Assembly: GCA_052327205.1 (NCBI GenBank)
Contig: CM126209.1
Span: 200,632,001-200,696,000, forward strand
Source of the DNA: Somniosus microcephalus
Lineage: Eukaryota
Direction of reading: 5' to 3'
DNA: 64,000 nt
The position numbers and the translations under genes are program-made. Of this stretch, positions 61,608-64,000 are shown one piece after another. Position 1 is the stretch's first letter. Every line of letters starts with the position of its first letter. Below the pieces are notes generated by a model. The model was given only the letters and a program-made list of their open reading frames with translations, ran no database searches and had not been told where the DNA came from.

Positions 61608-63094
61608 GGCCTAAAAATTCGGTTGCTTTGCGCTAACGGGGCGCAAAGCAACTAACGCCCGGGCGCGGCGCCGCCAATGCCTCCCGCAAAATACAGCGGG
61701 AGGTTAGCGGCGGCAGTAACCGTTAGCACCCCGTGGCGCTGCGGCGCCAGTGATGGCGTCATCGCAGTGCGCAGCACCCCGGCCGCGATCTTTGGTAGCG
61801 CCCCGACTTACCGCCAGACACTATGGGCTGGATTTTCATTGGGCCGTCGAGTTGGGATTGGAGGCGTGGGGGGGTTTAAAATCCCGAAATCGGGGGTCCC
61901 GACCCCACCCCGCCTCCATGCCAATTTCAAAGGAGGCGGGTACCCGCCCCGCACTGGGACCTGCCTCCCCGAGGCGGAAAGGCGATTAGTGTCAATTAAC
62001 TGCCTGTTAACAGTAGTTAACAGGCAGTTTTTAGCCTAATCCCTATTTTCATTGTTGAAATGTGGGATTCCTGACAGCTCCAAACCAAGCCAAGTTAGCG
62101 AGGTGGGCCGTCGGGATGAAGGGCTTGGAGGGGTCGAGATGTTCGGTGTTCAGGTGAGTGATGGGTGCATGAGTGCAGAGGTAAGTGTGTTTGGTCTGTG
62201 TAAAGTGTTGAAAGAAGTTCTACTAACCTTTACTTACCTTTATAGCCTTCCTTCCTTCAGGTCTCGGGAGTCCCTTATCTCACCGGCACAGAAAGCAGAA
62301 TGGCCGCCAGCTGTCAAAATCTGCAGCCTCTGCTTTCTGTTCCAGGGAGATCTCTAAATCATCCTGAGAGGAAGGAATTAACCTGGAGTACAGATTGTCA
62401 GTGTTTGACAGCTTCAAACAGCTGTCAAACACTGACATTTCATCTGTCAAAAAGTCTTGACACATGAAATTTCAATCTGTGACGTCACCTGTTGCTGGGT
62501 GACCCTTAATTGGCCTGCTGAGCCCGCTGGGCGGGCTCAACAAGGTCAATCAAGTCTAAATTGCGTGGGTTGGCTAGAACTTGATGGAGGCGGGACTACA
62601 ACCCCAAAAGTTGTAGTCCCGCCTCCTACCCACCTCCTCAATGAAAATCTAGCCCAATGTCCGACGGGGTCAGGCGGGCCTACCTGTGGCCAGGGCGGCG
62701 CTAATTAAAGGTGAGGTGCTGGGCGGCCATTTTTGTTGTTGGCCGCCTGCCAGCACCTGCCCCCGTTGCCGTCCCCGGCCTCTCAACCAGCACCCCCGTG
62801 GAGTGCCGGCTGCGCTCCGTGAGCCTGACACTTCTCGAGTGCCGGGCTCTTTTGTTGGCACTCGGATCCCTGGTGCCCAGTTGGGCCCCGGGTCGCGCTG
62901 CACAAGGCTCCTCCCCTTTAAGAAGGGGAGGAAGGCCTGCAGTAGCACGGCGCGACGTTCCCTCGTAGTTCCCTGCTTCCTTCTTGGGGCACTACCGATG
63001 AATTTCGGCCGCGGGGGCAGTAATTTTTTCAGGGCGCATAGTGCCCCAAAGGAAGCACAACTCAATTTCCCCCCCCCCCCCCCCCCCCCCCCCC
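61608..63094. mobile_element. Harbinger-type MITE (resembles 6743-7422) with poly-C-expanded right terminus
   Basis: GGCCTAAAAATTC / AATTT-polyC; TSD AAG (61605-61607, 63095-63097). Confidence 0.85.
61825..62655. mobile_element. Nested Harbinger-type MITE, inverted relative of 60684-61547
   Basis: TIR GGGCT(G/A)GATTTTCATTG; flanks TAT/AAT. Confidence 0.88.
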
Positions 63095-64000
63095 AAGAGA
63101 TTTAGGGCAGAGAGCAAGAAAAACTACAGAGAGTGTTGGTAAGACTGTGGAATTCATTTCCAGGGTTAGTGGTTGAGACAGAAATTTTAATGACTTCATC
63201 ATTGAAAACATTAAAAATGTCATCATTTTTTAGGATTACAAAGTTCAGCACTCATAGATAACAATGGAAACAATTGGCCCCAAATTATGGTGCCTTAAAG
63301 GTGTGGTTCCTGATCGCCTTCATTTGGAAGCAAGTCTTTTTAGCTTAATCCCAGGGTACAAATGTCATGCTATTGAATTATGCTAAAGTTGTCGGTACAA
63401 TTCATATCCAATTTGAAATAATTCCCAGATGATTACCACTTGGTGGTGGCATTCGTGCTGCCACGTCATCCAGATGAACCCAGAATCCATTTGAACCATT
63501 CAAGTACTCTTTAGTTGCATGCTATTGATTGTGCTGAGCAGCAGCTTTTAGCTTTTCTGTCCATCACTTTCACGACTAATTGGACCGTACAAAATTACTG
63601 CTGTCTGTTGAAAGCAATAGCTTAATTAGTATAGGAGCTGCTAGTGCTTAGTCAATGGTACCATGTCAACCAGCAATCCCTCAGAGTCTGTTTAGCTCAC
63701 AAGGGCCATGCAGCCTTGTAGAAGGAATTGTAGTTATTTCATGTTGCTTGTTTATGCCATATGCTTCTTGTGAAAGGCAAAAAGAATGCATTATATGGTC
63801 AGTTACATTTCTTTCATTCACATACACATACATACACACATCCCTATATGGAAAATTAAAACGATTAACGACTTTATTCCCTTCTCTCTACACGTTATAT
63901 TACCTACATAAGGAGCCAGCAAAGATTCCTCAGTCATACTGCCACAGTACTGAAACATCAAAGAAACTTGCTTCACACACAGAAAGTTGAAAAGATGGAA

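Larger units (their letters stand above)
59170..63185 (+). mobile_element. Old CR1 broken by RTE and several MITE insertions
   Basis: Colinear degenerate ORF2 pieces at about 59170-59376, 59782-60052, 60590-60683, 61548-61607, 63095-63185. Confidence 0.7.

Overview
Eukaryotic, repeat-dense vertebrate DNA. The repeat families (CR1 LINEs with SGNH-esterase ORF1, an HE1/V-SINE, many PIF/Harbinger MITEs) point to a cartilaginous fish such as a shark; this is an inference. The only host coding sequence I can support is one minus-strand exon (22104-22236) encoding the start of the Kazal domain of testican-1 (spock1), absent from the ORF track, so the rest of the window is most likely its flanking introns. 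These hold two full-length decayed Gypsy LTR retrotransposons, two nested near-full-length CR1s, many CR1/L2/RTE fragments, a tandem pair of non-autonomous Helitrons, and Harbinger derivatives (MITEs, Myb/SANT exons, a transposase relic). Most notable: (1) a 13-copy 67-bp array at a CR1 5' end in which each unit is a correctly spaced TATA+Inr core promoter with a 5' splice site; (2) an ORF1-less LINE with a tRNA-derived head; (3) head-to-tail Helitrons carrying a promoter/first-exon-like cassette in spock1 orientation; (4) a head-to-head SINE pair forming a ~350-bp inverted repeat. There are two assembly gaps and no CRISPR, rRNA or true tRNA genes. All family calls come from visual motif recognition, not database searches.
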